Made by a program: the position numbers and the translations under genes
In this document: in pieces, positions 24,251 through 35,429 of the stretch
Layout: every line of letters starts with the position of its first letter
Position numbering within the stretch: the first letter of the stretch is position 1
Assembly: GCA_002269645.1 (NCBI GenBank)
Contig: NIVC01000677.1
Span: forward strand, 1 to 64,000
Reading direction: 5' to 3'
DNA from: Macrostomum lignano
Taxonomy: Eukaryota
DNA length: 64,000 nucleotides
The notes under the pieces: generated by a model
Seen by the model: the letters and a program-made list of their open reading frames with translations, nothing else
Told to the model about the DNA's origin: nothing
Databases searched by the model: none

Positions 24251-27200
24251 ATTGCATCTTTGCAACAGTTGTTTTTGTCCAAGGGCTAAAATACCATACC
24301 TACAAGTACATAACATGAATAAATTAGAACAATCATAGTAGACATACAAGCCTATAGCTTGAATGTGAGTAAGTTATCAGAGAATGTGAATAAAGAACCT
24401 CAAGTTTAGCAGTGGCCACGTAAGTGTGTGAGTCTTTGGTATGAGTTTTTTAGGGTTTGGAGTTAGGCATTCTGTTACCAGGGCCTATGCATTTGCCATA
24501 ACCCTGGTTGCTGGCCTCCAGTTAGTAGCACAACTAAGGGTTGGTAAGCAGCAGGACGAGTGCTAACCCTCTTTGCTTGTACTGAGTATAAGGTAAGGCC
24601 AGCTGGTTTGTCTTAGACACAACAATGTAGTAGGTTCATTTCTATAGGATTATATAGAGGAAAGTTATAGTCACTTACAATAATGCTTTTGGTGCCATAT
24701 CAAAATATAAAATTTGAATCTTGATGTAATATATATTCTAGAAAAAGTTCTTAAAGTGAAATATATCTGTTATATGCTATAAATTTTATGATTTGTTTTA
24801 AAAAATGTATCAAGTTTTATGGACATCTATTTTTTTAGCTTTATACAGGTTTTTTAACTTTGCAAAGCATATCTACTTAAGAATTTTTATTATCATTTTA
24901 ACTGCATTATTATATTATTTTTTTCAATGAACCCTTAGTTGAAAAAAAGAGTATAGGATTATTTTCTAATTTTTGGTTATTAACTAGGATACTAAAAATC
25001 AAACTAGGGTATAATATATATAGTAAGTACTAAAAAGCATAGAAACTTACTAAATATATTGCTATATTGAAAAAAGCATAGCTAATTAATATTTGCTTGC
25101 TTTATAATGTTTAATTATTAATTTAATCAAGGTTTTTCTATCTACAACAACTTTTTAGATAAGCATAGAATGCCTTGGCAAAGATATTTTATGATTTAGC
25201 AAGGAATAAATAGAGGATTTATATTTTTATAGGAAATTACATAAGGTGCTAGAAATTTCTGCAATAGGGATTGCAAAAAAAATAGTTTTTATGATCCCGG
25301 GATTTCAAAATTTAATTTTAGAATTTAGCCAATCCTAGGATTTAATCTTAAAATCAGAAAAACACTGATTTTTAAGCTTCTAGGTTGTAATTTTAAGGCT
25401 AAAATATATGCTAAACATTTTTTTGTTTCCATTTTTGATTGTTACAAAAATTTATACTAGGCTTTAGGATCCTAACTTCCAAGATTTGGCCAAATCTTAA
25501 GATTTTGAAATTGCAATCTCTACTTCCTATATACTAAAAATTTACAATCTAAAACCCTAGCCACCACTAGACAGGATGTTTATAGCCACAATCTATAACT
25601 AAATTTTACTCAAAAAAGTGTTGCCCCAATTTTTTTATAACTATAGCTATGGGATATAGTTTTCTTGACTATTAAACAAAATATTTTTACAAAATGATTA
25701 AGGCCGAGCCAAAAGCCCAAGGGTTGTATGGCCTTTGGTTTCATTAGTCAATAATAAACCAAATGAGTTTGAAACTAATATCTTATAAATTAAACTTAGA
25801 ATAAACCTATAACAATAGAAATATACAAGCATACAAACAAACCTTAGAGATTTAGTATATTTAGATTCTATTTCCCTATTAGAATAAGTGGACAAAAAGC
25901 ATTTGACTTTTGGCCCCATTTTTTATAGTACTATATCATAATTGGAGTCAAGGTAGATGATAGTACTACAGTATGGTATAGTTTTTGGATAAATGGCAAA
26001 AGTAACTATGATTATCTTATTAAGGCTAAATGCCTTATAATCTAATTAGTATTATGCTTGTATCTAATGCAAAAGTAAACCTGCTCTGTGTGGCAGGTTT
26101 TGTAGCATTTTTGAGCTACGATTTTAGACCCTATGTTATACATCTATAGTATAGGTTTTCTATACTTCTATTCTAAAAAGGGTTCCACTTATAGATTGAT
26201 ACAATATCATATCTAAACCTATACATTTTCTTTATGATAAAAAACTATTCTTATCAAAAAAGTTAGCTTACATTTATATCCCAACTTTTTAAAATTAAAA
26301 ATTTTAAAAATATTAGTAAAAATTGTATGCAACATATGCAACATATAAATTAATATAAAAAGCCATCAATACAATGGAAAATAGAAAGTGCTAATAAAAA
26401 GAATTTACTTGTTAATTTTCTGTCACAGAAAATATTGACTCATTGGAAACTTTGTGCTGATCTTTTGCCTTGTGCTATACTGCGCTAGACTTTTTTCTTG
26501 CCTGCTGTTGCACCAGAATGCACACGTCCAACCCTTTTTTGCATTGGAATTTTCTGTGAAAAAGGCCATCTTCCTGACTAGGCCTGGCTAAGTATTACTA
26601 GGCCTCTAAGTCTTAATGTTTGTAGGACTTCTTCAAGTTTATGTTGATAAAATACTTCCGATTTTTTGATTTTTCTAAAACTTGCATTGGAGACTTATGG
26701 GGCACCCAAAATTATAAAAATGCAAAAAAGTGTTGAAAATTACCTGTACAGTTGATGCAATCACGATTTACTCGATTCCCTATTCTTTTAATGATGTTCG
26801 GTGAGAAAAAGTTTCCACGAATACATTTTTGAAAGTGTATCCACTAGAATTTTAATCTAATAGCACATGTGCTAGAACTTCATTAGGCCAATTAAAGATG
26901 AGTAATAATATCTACAAATTAATATGCAATTGTCTTTTACGTTGGCTGATAATAGTTTTTCAATTTAGTTATAATGCATAGATAGTGTGATGTCACTGTT
27001 CGCTTTTTTTAAAAACTGTCACGACCGGCTCAATCTTTGCACTATGGTCTTTTCACTGCACCCAGCCAAAGCAATGTTCGCAACTTTAAAGCATTTCGCT
27101 CCTCAAAACCAATTACTGTACAAGGCTAGATTACTAATTCTATTGTATTAAGGAAGTAACAGCACCTGATTTTGGTAAGCAAATTCATTTAGATAAAGTT

Positions 27201-27269
27201 ATAGAATTCAACCAACTTCTGACATAATTATGTTGACTCTTTGGTGGATTCTCTCTTTTCTCGTGTCGT

Positions 27270-27595
27270 GGAGTTACAACCTCTCCCCCCTATTAGAATT
27301 GGAATTTGTCAGCACAATCTTGAATAGGTCTCCATGCCTCTATTCAAGTTTATGTTGATAAAATCAATCCTCATGAAGAATCTCCCCACCCTAAAACCCC
27401 CTATTCCTCATGCCCTGGTAGTTGGTTTTAAGCTACAACCCCCCTCCCTATTAGAATTGGAATTTATCAACACAATCTTAAATAGGTCTTCATGCTTCTA
27501 TTCAAGTTTATGTTGATAAAATCAATCCCCATAAAGAATCTCCCCACCCTAAAACCCCCCATTCCCCATGCCCCGGTGGTTGGTTTTAAGCTACA
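27270..27595. repeat. Diverged tandem duplication, ~160-bp unit x2
   Basis: CTATTAGAATTGGAATTT...GTTGGTTTTAAGCTACA occurs twice in tandem. Confidence 0.9.
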
Positions 27596-29423
27596 TATAA
27601 TTGGGTTAAAGCTACCTATAAATGGAGCTCAAATTTGAAATCAGCACCATCAAAAACCCCTATAGAGACAAAATTATGATCTTATCAAAATTGAAACTAT
27701 TTTATCAACATAAACTTGAAGAAGTCCTGTTTGTAAACTATCTAAATTACAATATATACCAAAAATAGAAATAAATGGTCAAACAAAAATATATTTGCTT
27801 TATCAATAATCTAGCATATTTATTATTGAATTTACAATGGACATGGTGAATGGTCCAATCCTTGATTCTTTATGACTTTGACCCCATGCTTAGCAAAAGA
27901 TTGAAAATTAGTCAGAAATTGAAATCAAACATACAGGTTTCAAAATGCTAAATCTTAAATTATTATGCCTATTCATTTAATCGATATTGTTATAGCCTAG
28001 AGTTAGGCCCTATTATTTAACAATAAATAATGGTTTATTGTTGATCGTTGTGTACTTGAAAACTGCTTGCAAAATTGCTTTGTAAAATGTTCTAAGGGTT
28101 ATGGGACGCACATTGGTCAATAATAGAATTAAAAAAATATCTTAGACTCGAACTTTGCTCAGTAATACTAACTACTAGGCCTGGCAATAGCAATAGTTTG
28201 CACTGTCATATTGATTCGATTGATTTAATAACTAAAGTGGATGAATTGTGTATACACATCTGAGAAAAATCATTCTACCTACGAAGGTAAACATGTATTT
28301 TATTATACTCAATAAATACTAAATACGAGAAGATTAAAGATCGTATTATTAACAATCTGCCGTTTTGAGGAGGGTCGATCGATCTCGTTATTTATTATTT
28401 AATAACGGAAATTGAAATCAATTTAACCTAAAGGTGAATACATAAACAAATATAAAATACACTAAATACACATATGACAAAAATATTTCAGAAGCTGGAG
28501 AAATATAGTTATTTTTATTCAAATACAAGAAATTCAAACTTATTGTTACTTTTCACGATTTAGTGAATTTTAGTCCTAATATCAATACGAATACATGCAA
28601 TTCCTGAACTTAAGAACAGCGTTTTCTGTTTTGCCTCATTTTTACAGTTGTATGATAAAAATGACATCTAAAATTCATTTCAATTTTGTCAAATGTTGCA
28701 TATATTTTCGTCAACAGCAACGACTGCGAATTACGATTCAAATAAAGTTGTGTCGCAAATTGAAATGCTTAGCGATTGAAATAAAGTAGTTTCTCCGTGT
28801 AGTCGAGAATTGTGCGTTTAATTTTTGCAAATTACTTCATATTTTAGAATTTACTGATCACTACAAAACTTGAGTTACGAGGTCTTAGATTCGCCCAAAT
28901 GCCTATCAATTTTGATCATAAAAACTTTTAAATATATTTTACAAAATAAGCGAATTAGACTACATGTAAATAAATGTATACGTTAGTCTGAACTATGGAC
29001 TGCGAAAATGCTCTTTACATTATATTTGTGTATAGTTTAGCAATCAGTGATAATTACTGGCGTACGATGCATAGTCATTGATTAATTTACAAAAAGCACA
29101 AGCAAACGTGATAAAACCACTTTACATCAATCACATAATGAGAATTCGCGATTATTGCAAGTACGAAAGATTTCAAGCACTAAATATCCAGACATAAATT
29201 TACAAGTACAACATATACTATTAATTACATGCAGATGATGATACTGCTACAAATACCCATTGAGTAAGTAATTAATGAAACATTTTTTTCTACAAATAGT
29301 CATGCATGTACAATTTCACTATGCATGTTGCATGCATGTTCACACTGAATTAATGACTGTCCCAGGCTTAAAGCGACTTAGTAAAAGTGGAGTACAGGAG
29401 GATATCAATGCCCCACAGCGAGT

Positions 29424-30251
29424 TCACTGTTCATTAGCCTTCTCCGTTTCCATGGGAACGTCCTTCAGCTGCGGCTGCTCCCGAGCTGCCGGAGCCTCGA
29501 ACGGCGCCTCGATGTACAGCCGGCCATCGTGGCTGAGCTTGCTCACCACCTGGTCCAGCTTGGTGCCGTCGGGCAGCTGGTAGATTCGCTCCAGCCGCTT
29601 GTGGACCCGCTGCCCGCCGGCCTCCTCCTTGTGCTCCGCCTCCACCAGCACGCAGTCGCCCTGCTGTCGCACGCGAATCTCGTCCGGCTTGAACTCGCGC
29701 ACCGACAGCTCCGCCTTGAACCGCTTGCTGCCATCGTCCGCCTCCACCAGCTGGCCGGACCCCTCAGACTGCAGGTCGCCTCGCAGCAGGCCGCGCAGCT
29801 CGTCCCACACGGAGTCGCCCTGCGGTTTCTGCTGCTGCTGCTGCTGCTCCTGCTGCTTCAGCTGCTGCTGCTTCTGCTGCTCCTTGAACGGCGCCTGCAG
29901 CACCAGCATGCCGTCCCGGGTGAAGCCGCTGTTCAGCTTCTCTGCGTCCACTTCCTCCGGCAGCTCCACCGTCCGCTTCACCTCCGTCACGTCCTCGCCG
30001 TTCTCCAGCCGCGCCACCACCCGCACCTTCCGCTCCTCCCGCTTCACCGACACGTCCTTCGGCGAGAAGCCGCGAAGGTCCACAGTCCGGCTCCACTGAC
30101 GCGGTCGCCTCGGACCTCTGTGCCGCAGCAGCTGCACCAGCGGGTCATACTCCGGCGTCAGCCAGTCGTCCAGCTCGCTCATGGCTGCCACTAGCGGCAG
30201 AGAGTGCGAGAACGGCGTGTACACGTTGCTCGGTGCGATCCACAGAGACAT
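29424..30251 (-). CDS. Small heat shock protein with two alpha-crystallin domains (p40/Tsp36-like), copy A, 275 aa
   Basis: RTVDLRGFSPKDVSVK...RTVELPEEVDAEKLNSGFTRDGMLVLQAP and FKAELSVREFKPDEIRVR...RIYQLPDGTKLDQVVSKLSHDGRLYIEAP. The start is the first ATG downstream of the TATA box; the longer ORF in the track runs through the promoter. Confidence 0.95.
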   Translation of the reverse strand: MSLWIAPSNVYTPFSHSLPLVAAMSELDDWLTPEYDPLVQLLRHRGPRRPRQWSRTVDLRGFSPKDVSVKREERKVRVVARLENGEDVTEVKRTVELPEEVDAEKLNSGFTRDGMLVLQAPFKEQQKQQQLKQQEQQQQQQKPQGDSVWDELRGLLRGDLQSEGSGQLVEADDGSKRFKAELSVREFKPDEIRVRQQGDCVLVEAEHKEEAGGQRVHKRLERIYQLPDGTKLDQVVSKLSHDGRLYIEAPFEAPAAREQPQLKDVPMETEKANEQ

Positions 30252-30373
30252 GCTTGCTGTGTCGCTTGTAAATGATAGAGTTTGGCGATTGATTCGCTTT
30301 GCTTGAGATTGCTTTGCTTGCGGTTGCTTTGTGTGCTCGAATCCTGTCTCACTCTCGGATCCAGCTGTCTCGC

Positions 30374-30444
30374 TTTTATAGACTGGCACTGAGGAAGCTT
30401 CTCGAATTTTCTCGCCCACTGACTCATTCTGGAAATTTCTAGAA
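30374..30444 (-). promoter_or_regulatory. Heat-shock promoter A: TATA box + two 4-unit HSEs + TGAGTCA (AP-1-like)
   Basis: TATAAAA (reverse complement at 30374-30380); GAAgcTTCtcGAAttTTC at 30394-30411; TTCtgGAAatTTCtaGAA at 30427-30444. Confidence 0.9.
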
Positions 30445-31029
30445 ATCAAGCCGCTAACCCAAATTTAGACAGCAAAAGTTCATATTTCTACTGTTAGTAG
30501 ATGAAACACAATTTTGTCAACGATAGCCTTTGTGCGGAAACTAGTAACAATCTATGTGCAATTTTATGTCATATTTTATTTTATTTTATTTTATTTTATA
30601 TTTTATCGCCAGTGAATGTCTATTAGCGCCCTCTCTGGTGGCTCTGGCTCTCGCGTCCCTCTCTTTCCAATTCTGTGGGTTTTGGCCAAAGACATAAGAA
30701 AAATCGACATCTTATGATTCCCAAATAAGCGGTCTTTCGCGTCCTCGGACCGATCCATTTTTAGGTATATTTTTAAAATAGCTATGAAAACTATCATCGT
30801 GTAGCAATAACCATATAGCATAGTTTCCTCGATCTTTAATGTCTATGGCAGTCTTTTTTGGCAGTATTTTTGTATTTTTGGCTGTCTTGGCAAGCCTTAA
30901 ACTGCAACATCAGTCTATGGGCCAGGCTGCAGTGAGCATCAGAGGAAAAGCAACTCAGGAGCCCCAGGCTGCGCTCCATCCCGCTGCCACTGCATAGAGC
31001 ACAATCAGCCCCGGCAGCGCACAGAAGCC

Positions 31030-31872
31030 ATGGTCTCCGTTGAGTTCAACTGCGCCAACCTCAACCACACGATCGACAAGGTGGCCAAGTGGATGGCCAT
31101 GTCCGACTCGCAGGTCTGCCTGTTCGCGGACGACACTTCCGTCTCCATTCCGTCGTCATTGTCGGCGAACTCGGCAGGCAAGCGGGGCCAGCAGGTGCTC
31201 ATCGACCGGCTGAAGGGCGACGCGGTGAGCCGCATGAAGTCGCTGCTCCGGAGCACGGCCAGTCAGCAGAACAACCACAACGAGTTCAAGAGGAAGTCCG
31301 GCGACAGGCGCTCCGCCGTCATGGACTCGTGCAGCTCCGACAGCTCCGGCGCGACGCTGAACCGCAACCGGAACAACCGGCACGGCACCGAGGCGGAGCA
31401 CCGGCGCAAGACGCACTCGGACAGCCGGCACAGGCGCCAGTCGCAGCCGTCCAACAGCCACTCGGTTGCCATGCAGCGCAGGGACAGCGGCGACGGCAGC
31501 GGCGACTTCAAGGAGGACAAGTACCTCGAGCGCATCATCGAGCGGGCCACTCAGGAGATTCGAGTCGCAATCTACAAGCTCAGCGCCGAGAACAAGCTGC
31601 CGGAGAAGTGCCACCTCAAGATGAAGCTGTCCATCAAGCCGCAGCGGGCAGCCAGCGAGGCCAACAGCCCGAAGGAGCAGCACGGCCGACATCGAGGCGG
31701 CGCCCGCGGCAGCAGAGACGAGGACGAAGGACGCCACCGGGTGTCGAACTCCGGGCGTCACAGGACCTCGGAGAGAGACGGCGGGGGCAGGTCGGACAGG
31801 GAGAAGCGGGCCAGCTCGACGTCAAACAAGCGGGAGCAGCGCGAGCAGCGGAAGGACAAGCGGAAGCGCTGA
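31030..31872 (+). CDS. Intronless orphan protein, 280 aa, basic Arg/Ser-rich, in the palindrome spacer
   Basis: Long ORF with GC3-rich codon usage like the neighbouring real genes, GCCATGG start context, and AT-rich flanks; no family recognised. Confidence 0.72.
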   Translation: MVSVEFNCANLNHTIDKVAKWMAMSDSQVCLFADDTSVSIPSSLSANSAGKRGQQVLIDRLKGDAVSRMKSLLRSTASQQNNHNEFKRKSGDRRSAVMDSCSSDSSGATLNRNRNNRHGTEAEHRRKTHSDSRHRRQSQPSNSHSVAMQRRDSGDGSGDFKEDKYLERIIERATQEIRVAIYKLSAENKLPEKCHLKMKLSIKPQRAASEANSPKEQHGRHRGGARGSRDEDEGRHRVSNSGRHRTSERDGGGRSDREKRASSTSNKREQREQRKDKRKR

Positions 31873-32585
31873 GCCGTTAGTTGAGAAGCCTCTGAGCTTT
31901 TCACCGCTGCTTCTGCTTGGCTCTGAAAACTGCAACTGAGAATGGCGCTGAATGCTGCTCAGCCAGTTTACTGAAGTCTTAATTTTTAACAATAAGTCTC
32001 GCACGGTCCAATATTCCCTTTGCTGTGCTGGAAAAGGTTGCACTGCCTACTGGGCTGCCGATATGCCAACTGGCCCACCTAGCTGCATGACAAGCTGCTG
32101 TTAGAACTATGAAACATGAACTCCTGCGAAAATGCTACTCCTGCATGCGGTACCGACTGTAGAAATTTTGTACCAGTAGTAACGAGGCAGGGAAGCGTCA
32201 AGGTCAAAGTTACTCGTGTAAGAAAACTGAATTGCTTTTGCAGCTCACAACAATACACCATGTACGCTGTGTATTTTTGGTTATAATTATCTCCTAAAAA
32301 TCAACTGTAATGACATGCGAGCCAGCGAGTGAGTATAAAACTTGTTGTCTTTACAATATTTAACTTTTGCTTGCCTAACACTGGCAGCGTCTCAAAATGA
32401 GTTGTTTAAGCCTTCCTGTTCAAATTGACACCTTCGAGGCGATTTCGCAGTCGACCAAAATTTTTGACGATTAATGTGGGCTTCCCTACACAGTTATAAA
32501 ATGAATAGAATCACTTTGCATTAGCAACTCACATCTCATTAAAATCATGCAAAAAAGCTGTCCCTGCAATTCAACGTAATTGTAC

Positions 32586-32870
32586 TGCATCTCAATATAT
32601 AAAAATGAAACTGTCTGTGTGTGTGTGTCTGTGTGTGTGTATTCGCTATGGACTCCTAAACGGTATGTCGTAGAAAGATGGGACTTGGACTAATAGACAC
32701 GGTTTTTCCGGGGAGTTCTTTAGGCTAATAAAAAATGGGGGTCCTAACTAAAAAAATGGCTGACAATGGATAAATAATCAGCGGTCCCAGTGCGAGACAA
32801 CGATTGTCTGGCGAGTGCCGGTAGGCGCGAGCCATAGACAAATCGTTGTCACGTGCTGCGACCGCTGATT
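32586..32870 (+). mobile_element. Helitron/HINE-like non-autonomous element
   Basis: TCTCAATATATAAAAATGAAA followed by a (TG)/(CTGT) microsatellite and a terminal ~35-bp imperfect hairpin (32776-32809 / 32836-32870). Confidence 0.5.
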
Positions 32871-33400
32871 CTTTGCATTGTTTTTCTGTTTGACGATCCT
32901 ACAGACAATGCATTTTCAATTTTCAATTCCAATTCCAAAAAGAGAGGAGAGAGAATTAAGGAAATATGAGAGAAGAGAGAGGAGAGGAGAAGGAAAAGAG
33001 TAGAAAGAAGAGAGGAGTGATAGAAAAGTGGAGATGGATGAGAAGAGTGAGGAGAGGAGAGAAGTTTTAAAGGCCGCAAATCTAATTTAATACACATTTA
33101 CTCCAATTTTTGTTTTGCTCTATCTTCTCAGAAGAAGATAGATATCTTCTCTATCTTCTCTTCACTTACAAGTGTTTGTTTGAGTATGACTTTAGATTTA
33201 AGAATGCATGTAAAAACAGTTCCGGGGATCGGAATTCAGCGGGTTCAAAATCCGCGGGTTTCAACAGCTCGTGTGACATAAAATTGCACATAGATTGTTA
33301 CTAGTTTCCGCACAAAGGCTATCGTTGACAAAATTGTGTTTCATCTACTAACAGTAGAAATATGAACTTTTGCTGTCTAAATTTGGGTTAGCGGCTCGAT

Positions 33401-33471
33401 TTCTAGAAATTTCCAGAATGAGTCAGTGGGCGAGAAAATTCGAGAAGCGTCCTCAGTGCCAGTCTATAAAA
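33401..33471 (+). promoter_or_regulatory. Heat-shock promoter B: HSE (4 units), TGAGTCA, HSE (3 perfect units), TATA box
   Basis: TTCtaGAAatTTCcaGAA at 33401-33418; GAAaaTTCgaGAAgcGTC at 33434-33451; TATAAAA at 33465-33471. Confidence 0.9.
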
Positions 33472-33593
33472 GCGAGACAGCTGGATCCGAGAGTGAGACA
33501 GGATTCGAGCACACAAAGCAACCGCAAGCAAAGCAATCTCAAGCAAAGCGAATCAATCGCCAAACTCTATCATTTACAAGCGACACAGCAAGC

Positions 33594-34421
33594 ATGTCTC
33601 TGTGGATCGCACCGAGCAACGTGTACACGCCGTTCTCGCACTCTCTGCCGCTCGTGGCAGCCATGAGCGAGCTGGACGACTGGCTGACGCCGGAGTATGA
33701 CCCGCTGGTGCAGCTGCTGCGGCACAGAGGTCCGAGGCGACCGCGTCAGTGGAGCCGGACTGTGGACCTTCGCGGCTTCTCGCCGAAGGACGTGTCGGTG
33801 AAGCGGGAGGAGCGGAAGGTGCGGGTGGTGGCGCGGCTGGAGAACGGCGAGGACGTGACGGAGGTGAAGCGGACGGTGGAGCTGCCGGAGGAAGTGGACG
33901 CAGAGAAGCTGAACAGCGGCTTCACCCGGGACGGCATGCTGGTGCTGCAGGCGCCGTTCAAGGAGCAGCAGAAGCAGCAGCAGCTGAAGCAGCAGGAGCA
34001 GCAGCAGCAGCAGCAGAAACCGCAGGGCGACTCCGTGTGGGACGAGCTGCGCGGCCTGCTGCGAGGCGACCTGCAGTCTGAGGGGTCCGGCCAGCTGGTG
34101 GAGGCGGACGATGGCAGCAAGCGGTTCAAGGCGGAGCTGTCGGTGCGCGAGTTCAAGCCGGACGAGATTCGCGTGCGACAGCAGGGCGACTGCGTGCTGG
34201 TGGAGGCGGAGCACAAGGAGGAGGCCGGCGGGCAGCGGGTCCACAAGCGGCTGGAGCGAATCTACCAGCTGCCCGACGGCACCAAGCTGGACCAGGTGGT
34301 GAGCAAGCTCAGCCACGATGGCCGGCTGTACATCGAGGCGCCGTTCGAGGCTCCGGCAGCTCGGGAGCAGCCGCAGCTGAAGGACGTTCCCATGGAAACG
34401 GAGAAGGCTAATGAACAGTGA
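33594..34421 (+). CDS. Small heat shock protein with two alpha-crystallin domains (p40/Tsp36-like), copy B, 275 aa
   Basis: Same protein sequence as copy A. Confidence 0.95.
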   Translation: MSLWIAPSNVYTPFSHSLPLVAAMSELDDWLTPEYDPLVQLLRHRGPRRPRQWSRTVDLRGFSPKDVSVKREERKVRVVARLENGEDVTEVKRTVELPEEVDAEKLNSGFTRDGMLVLQAPFKEQQKQQQLKQQEQQQQQQKPQGDSVWDELRGLLRGDLQSEGSGQLVEADDGSKRFKAELSVREFKPDEIRVRQQGDCVLVEAEHKEEAGGQRVHKRLERIYQLPDGTKLDQVVSKLSHDGRLYIEAPFEAPAAREQPQLKDVPMETEKANEQ

Positions 34422-35429
34422 ACTCGCTGTGGGGCATTGATATCCTCCTGTACTCCACTTTTACTAAGTCGCTTTAAGCCTGGGACAGTCATTAATTCAG
34501 TGTGAACATGCATGCAACATGCATAGTGAAATTGTACATGCATGACTATTTGTAGAAAAAAATGTTTCATTAATTACTTACTCAATGGGTATTTGTAGCA
34601 GTATCATCATCTGCATGTAATTAATAGTATATGTTGTACTTGTAAATTTATGTCTGGATATTTAGTGCTTGAAATCTTTCGTACTTGCAATAATCGCGAA
34701 TTCTCATTATGTGATTGATGTAAAGTGGTTTTATCACGTTTGCTTGTGCTTTTTGTAAATTAATCAATGACTATGCATCGTACGCCAGTAATTATCACTG
34801 ATTGCTAAACTATACACAAATATAATGTAAAGAGCATTTTCGCAGTCCATAGTTCAGACTAACGTATACATTTATTTACATGTAGTCTAATTCGCTTATT
34901 TTGTAAAATATATTTAAAAGTTTTTATGATCAAAATTGATAGGCATTTGGGCGAATCTAAGACCTCGTAACTCAAGTTTTGTAGTGATCAGTAAATTCTA
35001 AAATATGAAGTAATTTGCAAAAATTAAACGCACAATTCTCGACTTCATGGAGATACTACTTATTTAATCGCAAAGCAAAACTCAATGCTCAAGCATGGTT
35101 TAGCGTAGAAGTCGACTTGATGAATTTAAAACACAATGGAGGCACACAAAAAATGAAAAAATAGAAGTTGTTGATCTTGTGACAGTCGAATTCAGAGGGC
35201 AGAAAATCTTGGTGAAAAAAGAAACTAAAATGAGCAAATAGCTTATGCCAACTTGTCTGCTTCAAGCTCATTTTCGATATCTGCTAGCAGTTCTGCTTCC
35301 CGGTTGTGGTTCGAACTTCTGCGAGCTGCCGTGTGAGCGGGAGCGGCTCCGGACATTGCCTAAAATTATTTAATTGCGTTTTCCGCGGTTTTTTTCGTAC
35401 TGACTGGCTACTGTTAGTAGGGTAACCAA

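Larger units (their letters stand above)
28801..35044. repeat. Large palindrome: arms 28801-30571 and 33274-35044 (1771 bp each), spacer 2.7 kb
   Basis: The arms are reverse complements, including the sHSP CDS, promoter and ~620 bp of 3' flank; I found only three substitutions by eye. Confidence 0.97.

Noticed and set aside
30252-30449. N-terminal extensions of the sHSP ORFs (341 and 331 aa in the track)
   Set aside because: They begin at non-ATG codons upstream of the TATA box and HSEs; the real start is MSLWIAP.
29529-34316. Antisense and alternate-frame ORFs over the sHSP and orphan genes (221, 248, 263, 201 aa)
   Set aside because: Shadow ORFs expected from GC3-rich coding sequence; no independent signals.
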